Origin: Escherichia coli
GTDB taxonomy: Bacteria > Pseudomonadota > Gammaproteobacteria > Enterobacterales > Enterobacteriaceae
Assembly (NCBI RefSeq): GCF_044324785.1
Contig: NZ_CP172127.1
DNA length: 64,000 bases
Direction: 5' to 3' (one strand)
How positions within the stretch are numbered: position 1 is the first letter of the stretch; every line of letters begins with the position of its first letter. Position numbers and translations under genes: made by a program. The notes beneath the pieces are model-generated. The model did no database searches and was not told the DNA's origin. It saw nothing but the letters and a program-made list of their open reading frames with translations. Positions 26,522 to 40,519 of the stretch are shown in pieces.

Positions 26522-28183
26522 ATGAGTGATATAGCATTAACGGTCAGTATTCTGGCTTTGGTGGCAGTCGTCGGTTTGTTTATCGGCAACGTCAAATTTC
26601 GCGGCATAGGATTAGGTATTGGCGGCGTGCTGTTTGGTGGGATCATCGTCGGCCATTTTGTTTCTCAGGCGGGGATGACATTAAGTAGCGATATGCTGCA
26701 TGTTATTCAGGAATTTGGCCTGATCCTGTTCGTTTATACCATCGGGATTCAGGTGGGTCCGGGCTTCTTTGCCTCATTGCGCGTCTCCGGATTACGCCTC
26801 AACCTGTTTGCTGTTCTGATCGTCATCATCGGTGGTCTGGTTACCGCCATCCTGCATAAACTGTTTGATATTCCACTGCCGGTAGTACTGGGGATTTTCT
26901 CCGGTGCGGTAACCAATACGCCAGCACTGGGGGCAGGGCAGCAGATCTTGCGCGACCTGGGTACACCAATGGAAATGGTCGATCAGATGGGGATGAGTTA
27001 CGCGATGGCGTATCCATTCGGCATTTGCGGGATTTTGTTCACCATGTGGATGTTGCGGGTTATTTTCCGCGTCAATGTCGAGACAGAAGCCCAGCAGCAC
27101 GAGTCTTCACGCACCAATGGCGGCGCGCTGATCAGGACTATCAATATTCGCGTTGAGAACCCTAACCTGCATGATTTAGCCATTAAAGATGTACCGATTC
27201 TCAACGGCGACAAAATTATCTGCTCGCGTCTGAAACGAGAAGAAACCCTAAAAGTACCTTCGCCAGATACCATTATCCAACTGGGCGATTTGCTGCATCT
27301 GGTGGGGCAGCCAGCGGATTTACATAATGCGCAACTGGTGATTGGTCAGGAGGTCGATACCTCGCTGTCTACGAAAGGCACTGATTTGCGCGTCGAGCGT
27401 GTGGTGGTCACCAATGAAAACGTGCTCGGAAAACGTATTCGCGACCTGCACTTTAAAGAACGCTATGACGTTGTTATCTCGCGCCTGAACCGTGCCGGGG
27501 TCGAACTGGTCGCCAGTGGCGATATCAGCCTGCAGTTCGGCGATATCCTCAACCTGGTGGGGCGTCCGTCCGCAATTGATGCCGTTGCCAATGTGCTGGG
27601 GAATGCGCAGCAAAAACTGCAACAGGTTCAGATGCTGCCAGTGTTTATTGGCATCGGGCTTGGCGTATTGTTAGGTTCTATTCCCGTCTTTGTGCCGGGA
27701 TTCCCGGCCGCGTTGAAACTGGGGCTGGCGGGCGGTCCGCTGATTATGGCGTTGATCCTCGGGCGTATCGGCAGTATTGGCAAGCTGTACTGGTTTATGC
27801 CGCCAAGTGCCAACCTCGCGCTGCGGGAGCTGGGGATCGTGCTGTTCCTCTCGGTCGTTGGTCTGAAATCTGGTGGGGATTTTGTGAATACCCTGGTCAA
27901 TGGCGAAGGGCTAAGCTGGATTGGATATGGTGCCCTGATCACCGCCGTTCCGCTGATTACTGTTGGTATTCTGGCGCGGATGTTAGCCAAAATGAATTAC
28001 CTGACCATGTGCGGGATGCTGGCTGGCTCCATGACCGATCCACCGGCGCTGGCGTTTGCTAATAATCTTCATCCAACGAGCGGTGCGGCGGCGCTCTCTT
28101 ACGCCACTGTCTATCCGTTGGTGATGTTCCTGCGCATTATCACCCCCCAATTACTGGCGGTGCTCTTCTGGAGTATCGGTTAA
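26522..28183 (+). CDS. yidE: AAE-family transporter YidE (two TrkA-C domains), 553 aa
   Basis: Start trimmed to [20 protein letters not shown]; duplicated membrane halves with central soluble domains. Confidence 0.9.
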
Positions 28184-28896
28184 CTCTTCTCCGGGTGGAG
28201 TCGCCGTAAATGGTACTCCACCTGGTATTCGCTGGCATTTCTGAACATCACTGAATAATTCAAAAACTCCCCGCTCTCGCTATATGACAACGAGGTGATC
28301 CGCAGCAGTGGCGTGTGCTCCGCTACCTTCATTTGCCGCGCCAGCAGTCTATCGGCGAGCACCGGCGTCAGGCTTTCATAATTACCGCCAATCAGAATCC
28401 CGCACTCTTGTTCAATATATTCAAACTTCGACCCTTCCAGATGTTGCAGCGAAAGGTTACGGAACAGTTTTACCGGCATATAGCTGTCTTCCAGCATCAG
28501 CGGTTTCCCTTCCACAAAACGAACGCGACGGGAGAAGTAGATCTGCTCGTTGATTTGAATCCGTAACTGGCTGGCAATGGCCGGAGGCGCAGGCATGATT
28601 TCAAAAATCAGCACCTGGCTGGTGACAGTTTTTCCCTGCCGTTTTAACACCTCCACCAGCCCGGTCAGGCTGGCGGTTTGATGCAGTACATCTTTGCGCA
28701 CCAGGTAAGTGCCGCTACCGTGGCGGCGGACCACCAGCCCCCACGCTACCAGCAGGTCAATGGCTTTACGGATGGTCATCCGCGATACCGCAAACTCTTC
28801 CGCCAGCTTTTTTTCACCGGGAAGAAGGCTGTTTAGCGTGAAATCCGCGGAGTTAAGTCGAATTCTTAACCGCTCCGCAATGCTTTTGTAGATCAT
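28180..28896 (-). CDS. yidP: GntR/HutC-family transcriptional regulator YidP, 238 aa
   Basis: Start trimmed to [16 protein letters not shown]; wHTH with [14 protein letters not shown]-type C-terminus. Confidence 0.85.
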
Positions 28897-29191
28897 CTCT
28901 AGATCTCTTTTTTGCCTGCAGGCCCGGGTAATGCGCCCACAAGTTCTGCTTAATCGATTGAAAAAACATCTTTTTTTTAAAGATGTGTTCGATGCTGTGT
29001 ACCAGTGCTCACAGATGTCTACTTTTTTGCGAAAACGTAGATCTCTACCGCCCAACGAAAAGCATGAAAGCGATCACGAATCCCACTGGGTCGTCATGTT
29101 CTGCCGATCGCATCTTCCTATCCTCGCTCCAGGCCTGCCGCATAACCAATCAGGCTTCCTACTTACAGAATTGAGAAAAGAGGATGTGGAA

Positions 29192-33020
<3,829 letters not shown>

Positions 33021-33186
33021 TTTAATATCCCTCCGGCGAATTATGCTCACAACCTGAACTTAACAGAAAACAATCCGTTCAGGGATACGATGTTTGTATT
33101 TTAAGAATCTGACTGCCTGACCCGACGCATTTTACCTCTCCCTATATTCATGCGTCCGGGACATAAACATAAATAAGGGCTATGAG

Positions 33187-34902
33187 ATGAATTCGTTACA
33201 AATCTTAAGTTTTGTCGGTTTTACGCTGCTGGTGGCGGTCATCACCTGGTGGAAGGTCCGCAAAACAGATACCGGATCGCAACAAGGCTATTTTCTTGCC
33301 GGACGTTCACTAAAAGCGCCGGTTATTGCCGCTTCGTTAATGCTAACCAACCTTTCCACGGAACAACTGGTTGGTCTTTCCGGGCAGGCCTACAAAAGCG
33401 GCATGTCGGTGATGGGCTGGGAAGTGACTTCAGCGGTGACGCTGATCTTCCTCGCGCTAATCTTTTTACCGCGCTATCTGAAGCGCGGCATTGCCACCAT
33501 CCCCGATTTTCTGGAGGAACGTTATGATAAAACGACGCGTATTATCATCGACTTCTGCTTCCTCATTGCCACCGGCGTCTGCTTTCTGCCGATTGTTCTC
33601 TACTCCGGCGCGTTGGCGCTCAACAGCCTGTTTCATGTCGGGGAATCGCTACAGATTTCTCACGGTGCAGCGATCTGGCTACTGGTTATTTTGCTTGGTC
33701 TGGCGGGAATTTTGTATGCGGTGATCGGCGGACTGCGCGCAATGGCAGTGGCGGACTCCATTAACGGTATTGGGCTGGTTATTGGCGGGTTGATGGTGCC
33801 GATATTTGGCCTGATCGCGATGGGCAAGGGCAGCTTTATGCAGGGCATTGAGCAACTCACCACCGTTCACGCCGAGAAATTAAACTCAGTCGGTGGCCCG
33901 ACCGATCCCTTGCCGATTGGCGCGGCATTTACCGGTTTGATTCTGGTGAACACCTTTTACTGGTGTACAAATCAGGGCATCGTGCAACGCACGCTGGCGT
34001 CAAAAAGCCTGGCGGAAGGGCAAAAGGGGGCGCTGTTAACGGCGGTGCTGAAAATGCTCGATCCGCTGGTACTGGTGCTGCCAGGGTTGATTGCGTTTCA
34101 TCTGTATCAGGATTTACCTAAAGCCGACATGGCCTACCCGACGCTGGTCAATAACGTTCTGCCAGTGCCACTGGTGGGTTTCTTCGGCGCGGTGTTATTT
34201 GGTGCGGTGATCAGTACCTTCAACGGCTTTCTGAATAGCGCCAGTACGTTATTCAGTATGGGTATTTACCGTCGCATCATTAACCAGAATGCCGAGCCGC
34301 AGCAGCTGGTCACCGTCGGGCGCAAATTTGGTTTCTTTATCGCTATCGTTTCGGTGCTGGTCGCGCCGTGGATCGCCAACGCGCCGCAGGGGCTGTATAG
34401 CTGGATGAAACAGCTCAACGGTATTTACAACGTGCCGCTGGTTACCATCATCATTATGGGCTTTTTCTTCCCGCGCATTCCGGCGCTGGCGGCAAAAGTG
34501 GCGATGGGGATTGGCATAATCAGCTACATCACCATCAACTATCTGGTGAAGTTCGACTTCCATTTCCTCTATGTGCTGGCCTGTACGTTCTGTATCAACG
34601 TGGTCGTGATGCTGGTGATCGGTTTTATCAAACCGCGCGCCACGCCGTTCACCTTCAAAGATGCGTTTGCGGTGGACATGAAACCGTGGAAAAACGTCAA
34701 GATCGCGTCAATTGGCATCCTGTTCGCGATGATTGGCGTCTATGCCGGGCTGGCTGAATTCGGTGGCTACGGTACGCGCTGGTTAGCGATGATCAGTTAT
34801 TTCATCGCTGCCGTAGTGATTGTCTACCTGATTTTTGACAGCTGGCGGCATCGTCACGACCCAGCCGTAACCTTTACTCCCGACGCGAAGGATAGCCTAT
34901 GA
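33187..34902 (+). CDS. yidK: Sodium:solute symporter family transporter YidK, 571 aa
   Basis: Multi-TM SSF-type sequence; operon with yidJ. Confidence 0.9.
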   Translation: MNSLQILSFVGFTLLVAVITWWKVRKTDTGSQQGYFLAGRSLKAPVIAASLMLTNLSTEQLVGLSGQAYKSGMSVMGWEVTSAVTLIFLALIFLPRYLKRGIATIPDFLEERYDKTTRIIIDFCFLIATGVCFLPIVLYSGALALNSLFHVGESLQISHGAAIWLLVILLGLAGILYAVIGGLRAMAVADSINGIGLVIGGLMVPIFGLIAMGKGSFMQGIEQLTTVHAEKLNSVGGPTDPLPIGAAFTGLILVNTFYWCTNQGIVQRTLASKSLAEGQKGALLTAVLKMLDPLVLVLPGLIAFHLYQDLPKADMAYPTLVNNVLPVPLVGFFGAVLFGAVISTFNGFLNSASTLFSMGIYRRIINQNAEPQQLVTVGRKFGFFIAIVSVLVAPWIANAPQGLYSWMKQLNGIYNVPLVTIIIMGFFFPRIPALAAKVAMGIGIISYITINYLVKFDFHFLYVLACTFCINVVVMLVIGFIKPRATPFTFKDAFAVDMKPWKNVKIASIGILFAMIGVYAGLAEFGGYGTRWLAMISYFIAAVVIVYLIFDSWRHRHDPAVTFTPDAKDSL

Positions 34903-36392
34903 AACGCCCCAATTTTCTGTTCATCATGACCGATACCCAGGCCACCAATATGGTCGGTTGCTATAGCGGTAAGCCGCTGAATACGCAAAATATTGATAGT
35001 CTGGCGGCGGAAAGTATTCGCTTTAATTCCGCCTACACTTGTTCACCGGTTTGTACGCCTGCACGCGCCGGACTATTCACCGGTATCTACGCTAACCAGT
35101 CCGGCCCGTGGACCAACAACGTCGCGCCAGGCAAAAACATCTCCACTATGGGGCGCTACTTTAAGGATGCCGGCTATCACACCTGTTACATCGGCAAATG
35201 GCATCTCGACGGTCATGACTATTTCGGCACTGGCGAGTGTCCGCCGGAGTGGGACGCTGATTACTGGTTCGATGGGGCGAACTATCTTAGCGAACTGACG
35301 GAAAAAGAGATTAGCCTGTGGCGCAATGGCCTAAACAGCGTCGAAGATTTACAGGCGAACCATATTGACGAAACCTTCACCTGGGCGCACCGCATCAGCA
35401 ATCGGGCGGTAGATTTTCTGCAACAGCCCGCGCGCGCCGAGGAACCCTTCCTGATGGTGGTTTCGTATGATGAGCCGCATCACCCGTTCACCTGTCCGGT
35501 GGAGTATTTAGAGAAATACGCTGATTTTTACTACGAACTTGGCGAGAAATCACAGGATGACCTGGCGAACAAACCGGAACATCACCGCTTATGGGCGCAG
35601 GCGATGCCATCGCCAGTCGGTGATGACGGGCTTTATCACCATCCGCTCTATTTTGCCTGCAATGACTTTGTTGATGACCAAATCGGACGGGTCATCAATG
35701 CCTTAACGCCAGAGCAACGTGAAAATACGTGGGTCATTTATACCTCCGATCATGGTGAAATGATGGGCGCACATAAGCTGATCAGTAAAGGAGCGGCGAT
35801 GTATGACGACATCACCCGTATTCCGCTGATCATCCGTTCGCCGCAAGGGGAGCGGCGACAGGTTGATACGCCAGTCAGCCATATTGATTTACTACCGACA
35901 ATGATGGCGCTGGCAGATATTGAAAAACCTGACATTTTGCCAGGGGAAAATATCCTCACCACGAAAGAACCACGCGGCGTGATGGTGGAATTTAACCGCT
36001 ACGAGATTGAGCATGACAGCTTTGGCGGTTTTATTCCGGTGCGTTGCTGGGTGACGGATGACTTTAAACTGGTGCTCAACCTCTTCACCAGTGATGAACT
36101 TTACGATCGCCGTAATGACCCAAATGAAATGCATAACCTGATCGATGATATCCGTTTTGCCGACGTTCGCAGCAAAATGCATGACGCCTTATTGGATTAC
36201 ATGGACAAAATTCGCGATCCGTTCCGCAGTTACCAATGGAGCCTGCGTCCGTGGCGTAAAGATGCACGGCCGCACTGGATGGGGGCATTTCGTCCACGCC
36301 CACAAGATGGCTATTCGCCAGTAGTACGCGACTATGACACCGGCCTACCGACACAAGGGGTGAAGGTGGAAGAGAAAAAACAGAAGTTCTGA
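34899..36392 (+). CDS. yidJ: Sulfatase YidJ, 497 aa
   Basis: Sulfatase signature CSPVCTPARAGLFTG (Cys-type active site C-x-P-x-R). Confidence 0.92.
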   Translation: MKRPNFLFIMTDTQATNMVGCYSGKPLNTQNIDSLAAESIRFNSAYTCSPVCTPARAGLFTGIYANQSGPWTNNVAPGKNISTMGRYFKDAGYHTCYIGKWHLDGHDYFGTGECPPEWDADYWFDGANYLSELTEKEISLWRNGLNSVEDLQANHIDETFTWAHRISNRAVDFLQQPARAEEPFLMVVSYDEPHHPFTCPVEYLEKYADFYYELGEKSQDDLANKPEHHRLWAQAMPSPVGDDGLYHHPLYFACNDFVDDQIGRVINALTPEQRENTWVIYTSDHGEMMGAHKLISKGAAMYDDITRIPLIIRSPQGERRQVDTPVSHIDLLPTMMALADIEKPDILPGENILTTKEPRGVMVEFNRYEIEHDSFGGFIPVRCWVTDDFKLVLNLFTSDELYDRRNDPNEMHNLIDDIRFADVRSKMHDALLDYMDKIRDPFRSYQWSLRPWRKDARPHWMGAFRPRPQDGYSPVVRDYDTGLPTQGVKVEEKKQKF

Positions 36393-36438
36393 CGATAATG
36401 CCCGCTGATGATCACCCGGCGGGCATTATTCAGGCTGC

Positions 36439-36888
36439 TTAAACCAGCGAACCGCCGGTCAGGAAGGAAAAGATAAGGAATATCAGCAAAATGCTGCACA
36501 CGATGCCGATACCAAAAAGCAAGGTATGGAAAGCCAGCGTCCCGCCGCCAAAAACCAGCGCGCCGCGAATGCCCCAGCGATTTTCCTTACGCATACCGCC
36601 AATAAATGCGCAAAGTAGCGCAGCAATGGCCAGTGCGATACCGCTTTGATCGAGGATTTTATCGACATCCACGTCCTCTTTTTTCTCCACGGTGGTAATT
36701 TTTTCGCCTTTTATTCCGGCGAGAAGACCTCTTTTAATTTCAGCCGTTTTGTCCGCCACGATGCTTTCAAGCGTTGGCGGTGGTGCGGAAAAAGGGCCGA
36801 ATGAAAAGTGGATAATCCCCATCATTAAAGCGATGGCACCGAACAGCATGCCCAATGAACTGATTTTATTTTGCGCTATGATACCCAT
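36439..36888 (-). CDS. yidI: Inner-membrane protein YidI, 149 aa
   Basis: Small hydrophobic ORF; position. Confidence 0.8.
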   Translation of the reverse strand: MGIIAQNKISSLGMLFGAIALMMGIIHFSFGPFSAPPPTLESIVADKTAEIKRGLLAGIKGEKITTVEKKEDVDVDKILDQSGIALAIAALLCAFIGGMRKENRWGIRGALVFGGGTLAFHTLLFGIGIVCSILLIFLIFSFLTGGSLV

Positions 36889-36996
36889 CTGACCTCCTTG
36901 TAGCGGATGGCAAAAGCATATCAGGAAACGGGCGGACGAAATTCTTAAAAAAAACCGCTAAAGATAGAGCGTTAGTGAAATTGCAAAGGAGCAACA

Positions 36997-37344
36997 ATGA
37001 AAATTTCCCGCCTCGGAGAAGCGCCCGATTACCGCTTCTCGCTGGCTAATGAGCGTACTTTTCTGGCGTGGATCCGTACCGCACTAGGATTTCTGGCGGC
37101 GGGGGTTGGGCTTGACCAACTTGCGCCAGATTTCGCCACGCCCGTCATTCGCGAACTGCTGGCGTTGTTGTTGTGTCTGTTTTCCGGCGGGTTAGCGATG
37201 TATGGCTACTTGCGCTGGTTACGCAATGAAAAAGCGATGCGTCTGAAAGAGGACCTGCCTTACACCAACAGCTTATTAATCATCAGCTTAATATTGATGG
37301 TCGTGGCGGTGATCGTTATGGGACTGGTGTTGTATGCCGGATAG
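36997..37344 (+). CDS. yidH: Inner-membrane protein YidH (DUF202), 115 aa
   Basis: ORF-track; overlaps yidG start. Confidence 0.85.
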   Translation: MKISRLGEAPDYRFSLANERTFLAWIRTALGFLAAGVGLDQLAPDFATPVIRELLALLLCLFSGGLAMYGYLRWLRNEKAMRLKEDLPYTNSLLIISLILMVVAVIVMGLVLYAG

Positions 37345-37696
37345 CCGCAAAGCCAGACGCATTGCCGACCCAGGGCTGCAGCCGGAGCGTACATCACTGG
37401 CGTGGTTTCGTACCATGCTGGGCTACGGCGCGTTGATGGCGTTGGCTATCAAACACAACTGGCACCAGGCGGGCATGTTATTCTGGATTTCGATTGGCAT
37501 CCTCGCCATCGTGGCGCTGATCCTCTGGCACTACACCCGTAATCGTAATTTAATGGATGTCACGAATAGCGATTTTTCCCAATTTCACGTAGTCCGTGAC
37601 AAATTTTTGATCTCCCTCGCGGTGTTATCTCTCGCAATACTGTTTGCTGTAACGCATATACATCAACTTATCGTATTTATTGAGAGAGTCGCATGA
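37334..37696 (+). CDS. yidG: Inner-membrane protein YidG, 120 aa
   Basis: ORF-track; operon yidHGF. Confidence 0.85.
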   Translation: MPDSRKARRIADPGLQPERTSLAWFRTMLGYGALMALAIKHNWHQAGMLFWISIGILAIVALILWHYTRNRNLMDVTNSDFSQFHVVRDKFLISLAVLSLAILFAVTHIHQLIVFIERVA

Positions 37697-38190
37697 CAGG
37701 AAGTCAGGTCATTGATGCTGAAGAGGACAGGCATAAACTGGTTGTAGAGTATAAGGATGCTCTGCAACCTGCCGATTTTTATCACAATTTCAAACAGCGG
37801 GGCATCCGCTCCGTACAGCTTATTCCCCATCTTGAATTTGATGACCGGGGCGATCTGACGGCGGCTTCGGTGACAGCAGAGCTGTGGGGGAAATTTTTAA
37901 TTGCCCTGTTCGAGTGTTGGGTGCGGGCAGATATCAGTCGTATCTCGATTGAGCTTTTTGACGCCACCTTACAAAAATGGTGTGGCAGCGAAAACCCGCA
38001 ACCGCGCCGTGGCTGCCAGGCGTGCGACTGGCATCTGCTGTGTCCGCACGCTCGGGAGGAGACGCCAGACAGCGTGCTTTGTGCGGGCTATCAGGCGTTT
38101 TATTCTTACTCTGCGCCGCATATGCGGGTGATGCGTGATCTGATAAAGCAGCATCGTTCTCCCATGGAGCTGATGACGATGCTGCGGTGA
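37693..38190 (+). CDS. yidF: YidF, 165 aa; resembles a C-terminal fragment of an anaerobic sulfatase-maturating (SPASM-type) enzyme
   Basis: Cys-rich C-terminal segment (WCGSENPQPRRGCQACDWHLLCPH); neighbourhood with the sulfatase yidJ. Confidence 0.75.
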   Translation: MTGSQVIDAEEDRHKLVVEYKDALQPADFYHNFKQRGIRSVQLIPHLEFDDRGDLTAASVTAELWGKFLIALFECWVRADISRISIELFDATLQKWCGSENPQPRRGCQACDWHLLCPHAREETPDSVLCAGYQAFYSYSAPHMRVMRDLIKQHRSPMELMTMLR

Positions 38191-38197
38191 CGTGAGC

Positions 38198-39382
38198 TTA
38201 AACGGGCTGCCCCTGATGCGACATCCGCGTCGCCAGCGGTAGCCAGCACAGCACGATCAACAATCCCATTAAGGTCATCAACAACCCCAGGCTGCCCTGA
38301 CCGGTTTGCGGCAACATCGCAGAGAGCGACGCCAGCACGCCGGAACCAATGTTTTGCAGACCGCCGACCAGCGCGCCCGCGGTGCCAGCCAGGAAGGGGA
38401 ACGGCTCCATCGCGCCGCTGGTCGCCAGCGGAAACAGCATCCCGGCACCGAAAAAGAACAGCGCGGCGGGAACGAGCAGCGTCCAGACATTCATCACGCC
38501 AAACCAGTCGGGGATCCACATCAGCAAGCCAGCCAGCAGGCAGCAGATAACCGACTGCCACATCAACGTTGAGAAGCGTTTATTAGGACGTCCGGCAAAC
38601 CATGCGCCAAAAAATGCCGCCGGAATCGGCAGAATAAACAAAATACTGACCGTCATACTGCTCAGCCCTAATACCGCGCCCATCAGCACGCCGGAGCAGG
38701 CTTCAAAGGCGGCAATCCCTGCCAGACCGCCAATCAGCATCAGCAAATAACAGTTAAAACCGCTGTTACCGAAAAGCGTTTTATAACTGGTAAGCAGGCG
38801 CGTGCGCGGTGCGTCGACCGGACGTGTTTCCGGCATCCAGCGGGCCATACTGAAGGTCACACCGGCGCAAAGTACCAACAAAAAGAGATAACAGGCGCGC
38901 CAGTTCCACATCGTATCCAGCAGACCACCGATTAGCGGTGCGAGCAACGGACTGACAAGAATCCCCATGTTTAACAAGCTGTTAGCGAGGCGCAACTGTG
39001 TCCGTTCATATAAATCACGCGGCAAAGTACGCGCCATTACGCCGCCAACGCCGGTGCCCATGCCCTGCATCGCGCTGGCGGCAATCAATACCGTCAAACT
39101 GGAGGTCGTGACCGCGACCAGCGTTGCCAGCATAAAAATGGACATTCCGACGAGAATCACCGGCCGGCGACCCACACGGTCGGAAATCGGGCCATAAAAC
39201 AGCTGTGAGACACCGTAAGTCAGCAGATAAGCGCCCATTACGCTCTGCACCGCCCCTTCACGGACGTTGAGATCGCGCGCCATATCGGCAATAGCTGGAA
39301 TATAAATGGTTTGCGCCATCTGACCGACGGCCACGAGTAATACCAACATCAATAACAAATTGACGTTTCTATGCCTTTTCAT
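38198..39382 (-). CDS. emrD: MFS multidrug efflux transporter EmrD, 394 aa
   Basis: Start trimmed to MKRHRNVNLLLMLVLLVAVGQ; 12-TM MFS. Confidence 0.93.
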   Translation of the reverse strand: MKRHRNVNLLLMLVLLVAVGQMAQTIYIPAIADMARDLNVREGAVQSVMGAYLLTYGVSQLFYGPISDRVGRRPVILVGMSIFMLATLVAVTTSSLTVLIAASAMQGMGTGVGGVMARTLPRDLYERTQLRLANSLLNMGILVSPLLAPLIGGLLDTMWNWRACYLFLLVLCAGVTFSMARWMPETRPVDAPRTRLLTSYKTLFGNSGFNCYLLMLIGGLAGIAAFEACSGVLMGAVLGLSSMTVSILFILPIPAAFFGAWFAGRPNKRFSTLMWQSVICCLLAGLLMWIPDWFGVMNVWTLLVPAALFFFGAGMLFPLATSGAMEPFPFLAGTAGALVGGLQNIGSGVLASLSAMLPQTGQGSLGLLMTLMGLLIVLCWLPLATRMSHQGQPV

Positions 39383-39555
39383 TATCACGGATGCTTTTAT
39401 AAAAATAATTAGAATAAGTCACTACGCATTCCCATAAATGCGGGAGAGGAATCTATCACATTAATAAATGTTAGCCAGATATACGCCAGGAATGGGGAAT
39501 TGTTTAGCGGCAGAATATGTAAACAAAAGCGGCAATAAATGTTGCCGGAAGGGAT

Positions 39556-39592
39556 GGTAGGGCGGATAAGATGCGTCAGCACCGCATCCGAC
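39556..39592. repeat. REP-like palindromic element
   Basis: GTAGGGCGGATAAGATGCGTCAGCACCGCATCCGACA resembles the REP consensus. Confidence 0.55.
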
Positions 39593-39661
39593 ACCAACCC
39601 GCACGCTAAATATAAAAGGGGAGCGGGTAACCGCTCCCCTTTGGTGCGACTTGAATCTGAA

Positions 39662-39751
39662 TTACTTCAGGTATTTCAGAACAGCATCAAGCAGTTGCAG
39701 TGCTGCAACAATGAGTTTGAGGATAAGAATGGCGATATCCACCAGGCTCAT
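39662..39751 (-). CDS. tisB: Type I toxin TisB (29 aa, MSLVDIAILILKLIVAALQLLDAVLKYLK)
   Basis: Not in the ORF track (too short); reverse-complement translation matches TisB as I recall it, with a single N-terminal difference from K-12. Confidence 0.85.
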   Translation of the reverse strand: MSLVDIAILILKLIVAALQLLDAVLKYLK

Positions 39752-39985
39752 ACGCGTCTCCTGTGGTTCAGGAGCACTGCCAGCTGACGTACCTTTCCGC
39801 TGCCTGTTGCCAGCTGTTGTGCACGCGGTATCTCAAGGAGAAACGTTGTGCTTGTTGACATAACACAGTGTGCTCACGCGGGGTTAAGGCGCTGACGGCA
39901 CCACCCGTTTCAGCCAGGACTTAGTGCGCCGGGTAACGATGCGGCCCCCACATAACACATTGCGTACAGTGATATTATAGAAGTT

Positions 39986-40005
39986 TACTGTATAAATAAA
40001 CAGTA
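39986..40005. promoter_or_regulatory. LexA box (TACTGTATAAATAAACAGTA) of the SOS-regulated tisAB / istR-2 promoter region
   Basis: Near-perfect CTGT-N8-ACAG palindrome with flanking TA/TA. Confidence 0.8.
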
Positions 40006-40109
40006 ATATTTGGACAAAACGCAAACTATGATCGATACTCAACTATGCACTAAATACGTCAAAATTCGTGCCGAAATTGCGCGTTCTGCGCGGAACACGT
40101 ATACTTTCA

Positions 40110-40187
40110 GTGTTGACATAATACAGTGTGCTTTGCGGTTACCAGCCGCAGGCGACTGACGAAACCTCGCTCCGGCGGGGTTTTTTG
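40110..40187 (+). ncRNA. istR: IstR-1 antitoxin sRNA (approximate bounds), ending in an intrinsic terminator CGCTCCGGCGGGGTTTTTTGTT
   Basis: 21-nt stretch GTTGACATAATACAGTGTGCT (40112-40132) is a near-copy of 39854-39874 (20 of 21), so a + strand transcript would be antisense to the tisAB mRNA; terminator hairpin and T-run at about 40160-40187. Confidence 0.6.
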
Positions 40188-40315
40188 TTACCTGCAATTC
40201 AGTACAAAACGTGATCAACCCCTCAATTTTCCCTTGCTGAAAAATTTTCCATTGTCTCCCCTGTAAAGCTGTGCTTGTATAAATATTGTTAAACACAAAA
40301 CCAACAAGGTCCCCA

Positions 40316-40414
40316 ATGACTACTTCCATGTTCAACGCAAAACTACTACCAACTGCGCCATCCGCCGCAGTGGTCGTCGTGCGTGTGGTGGTGGTCGTCG
40401 GCAATGCGCCGTAG
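40316..40414 (+). CDS. ivbL: ilvB operon leader peptide IvbL (32 aa, MTTSMFNAKLLPTAPSAAVVVVRVVVVVGNAP)
   Basis: Val/Leu-rich leader read directly from the sequence; followed by the attenuator. Confidence 0.9.
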   Translation: MTTSMFNAKLLPTAPSAAVVVVRVVVVVGNAP

Positions 40415-40438
40415 GGACTGGAACAACACACGATTCCA

Positions 40439-40475
40439 AAACCCCGCCGGCGCAAACCGGGCGGGGTTTTTCGTT
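40439..40475 (+). terminator. ilvB attenuator terminator (ACCCCGCC...GGCGGGGTTTTT)
   Basis: GC-rich hairpin plus T-run between ivbL and ilvB. Confidence 0.8.
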
Positions 40476-40519
40476 TAAGCACCTCCCGGAAAGTCGGCCC
40501 AGAAGAAAAGGACTGGAGC

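Noticed and set aside
36397-36427. Hairpin AATGCCCGC...GCGGGCATT between convergent yidJ and yidI
   Set aside because: Perfect 9-bp stem but a 13-nt loop and no convincing T-run on either strand, so not called as a terminator.
39752-39985. tisA (ysdA) ORF upstream of tisB
   Set aside because: Reported to be untranslated in K-12 and I cannot confirm its frame here by eye, so it is not annotated as a CDS.
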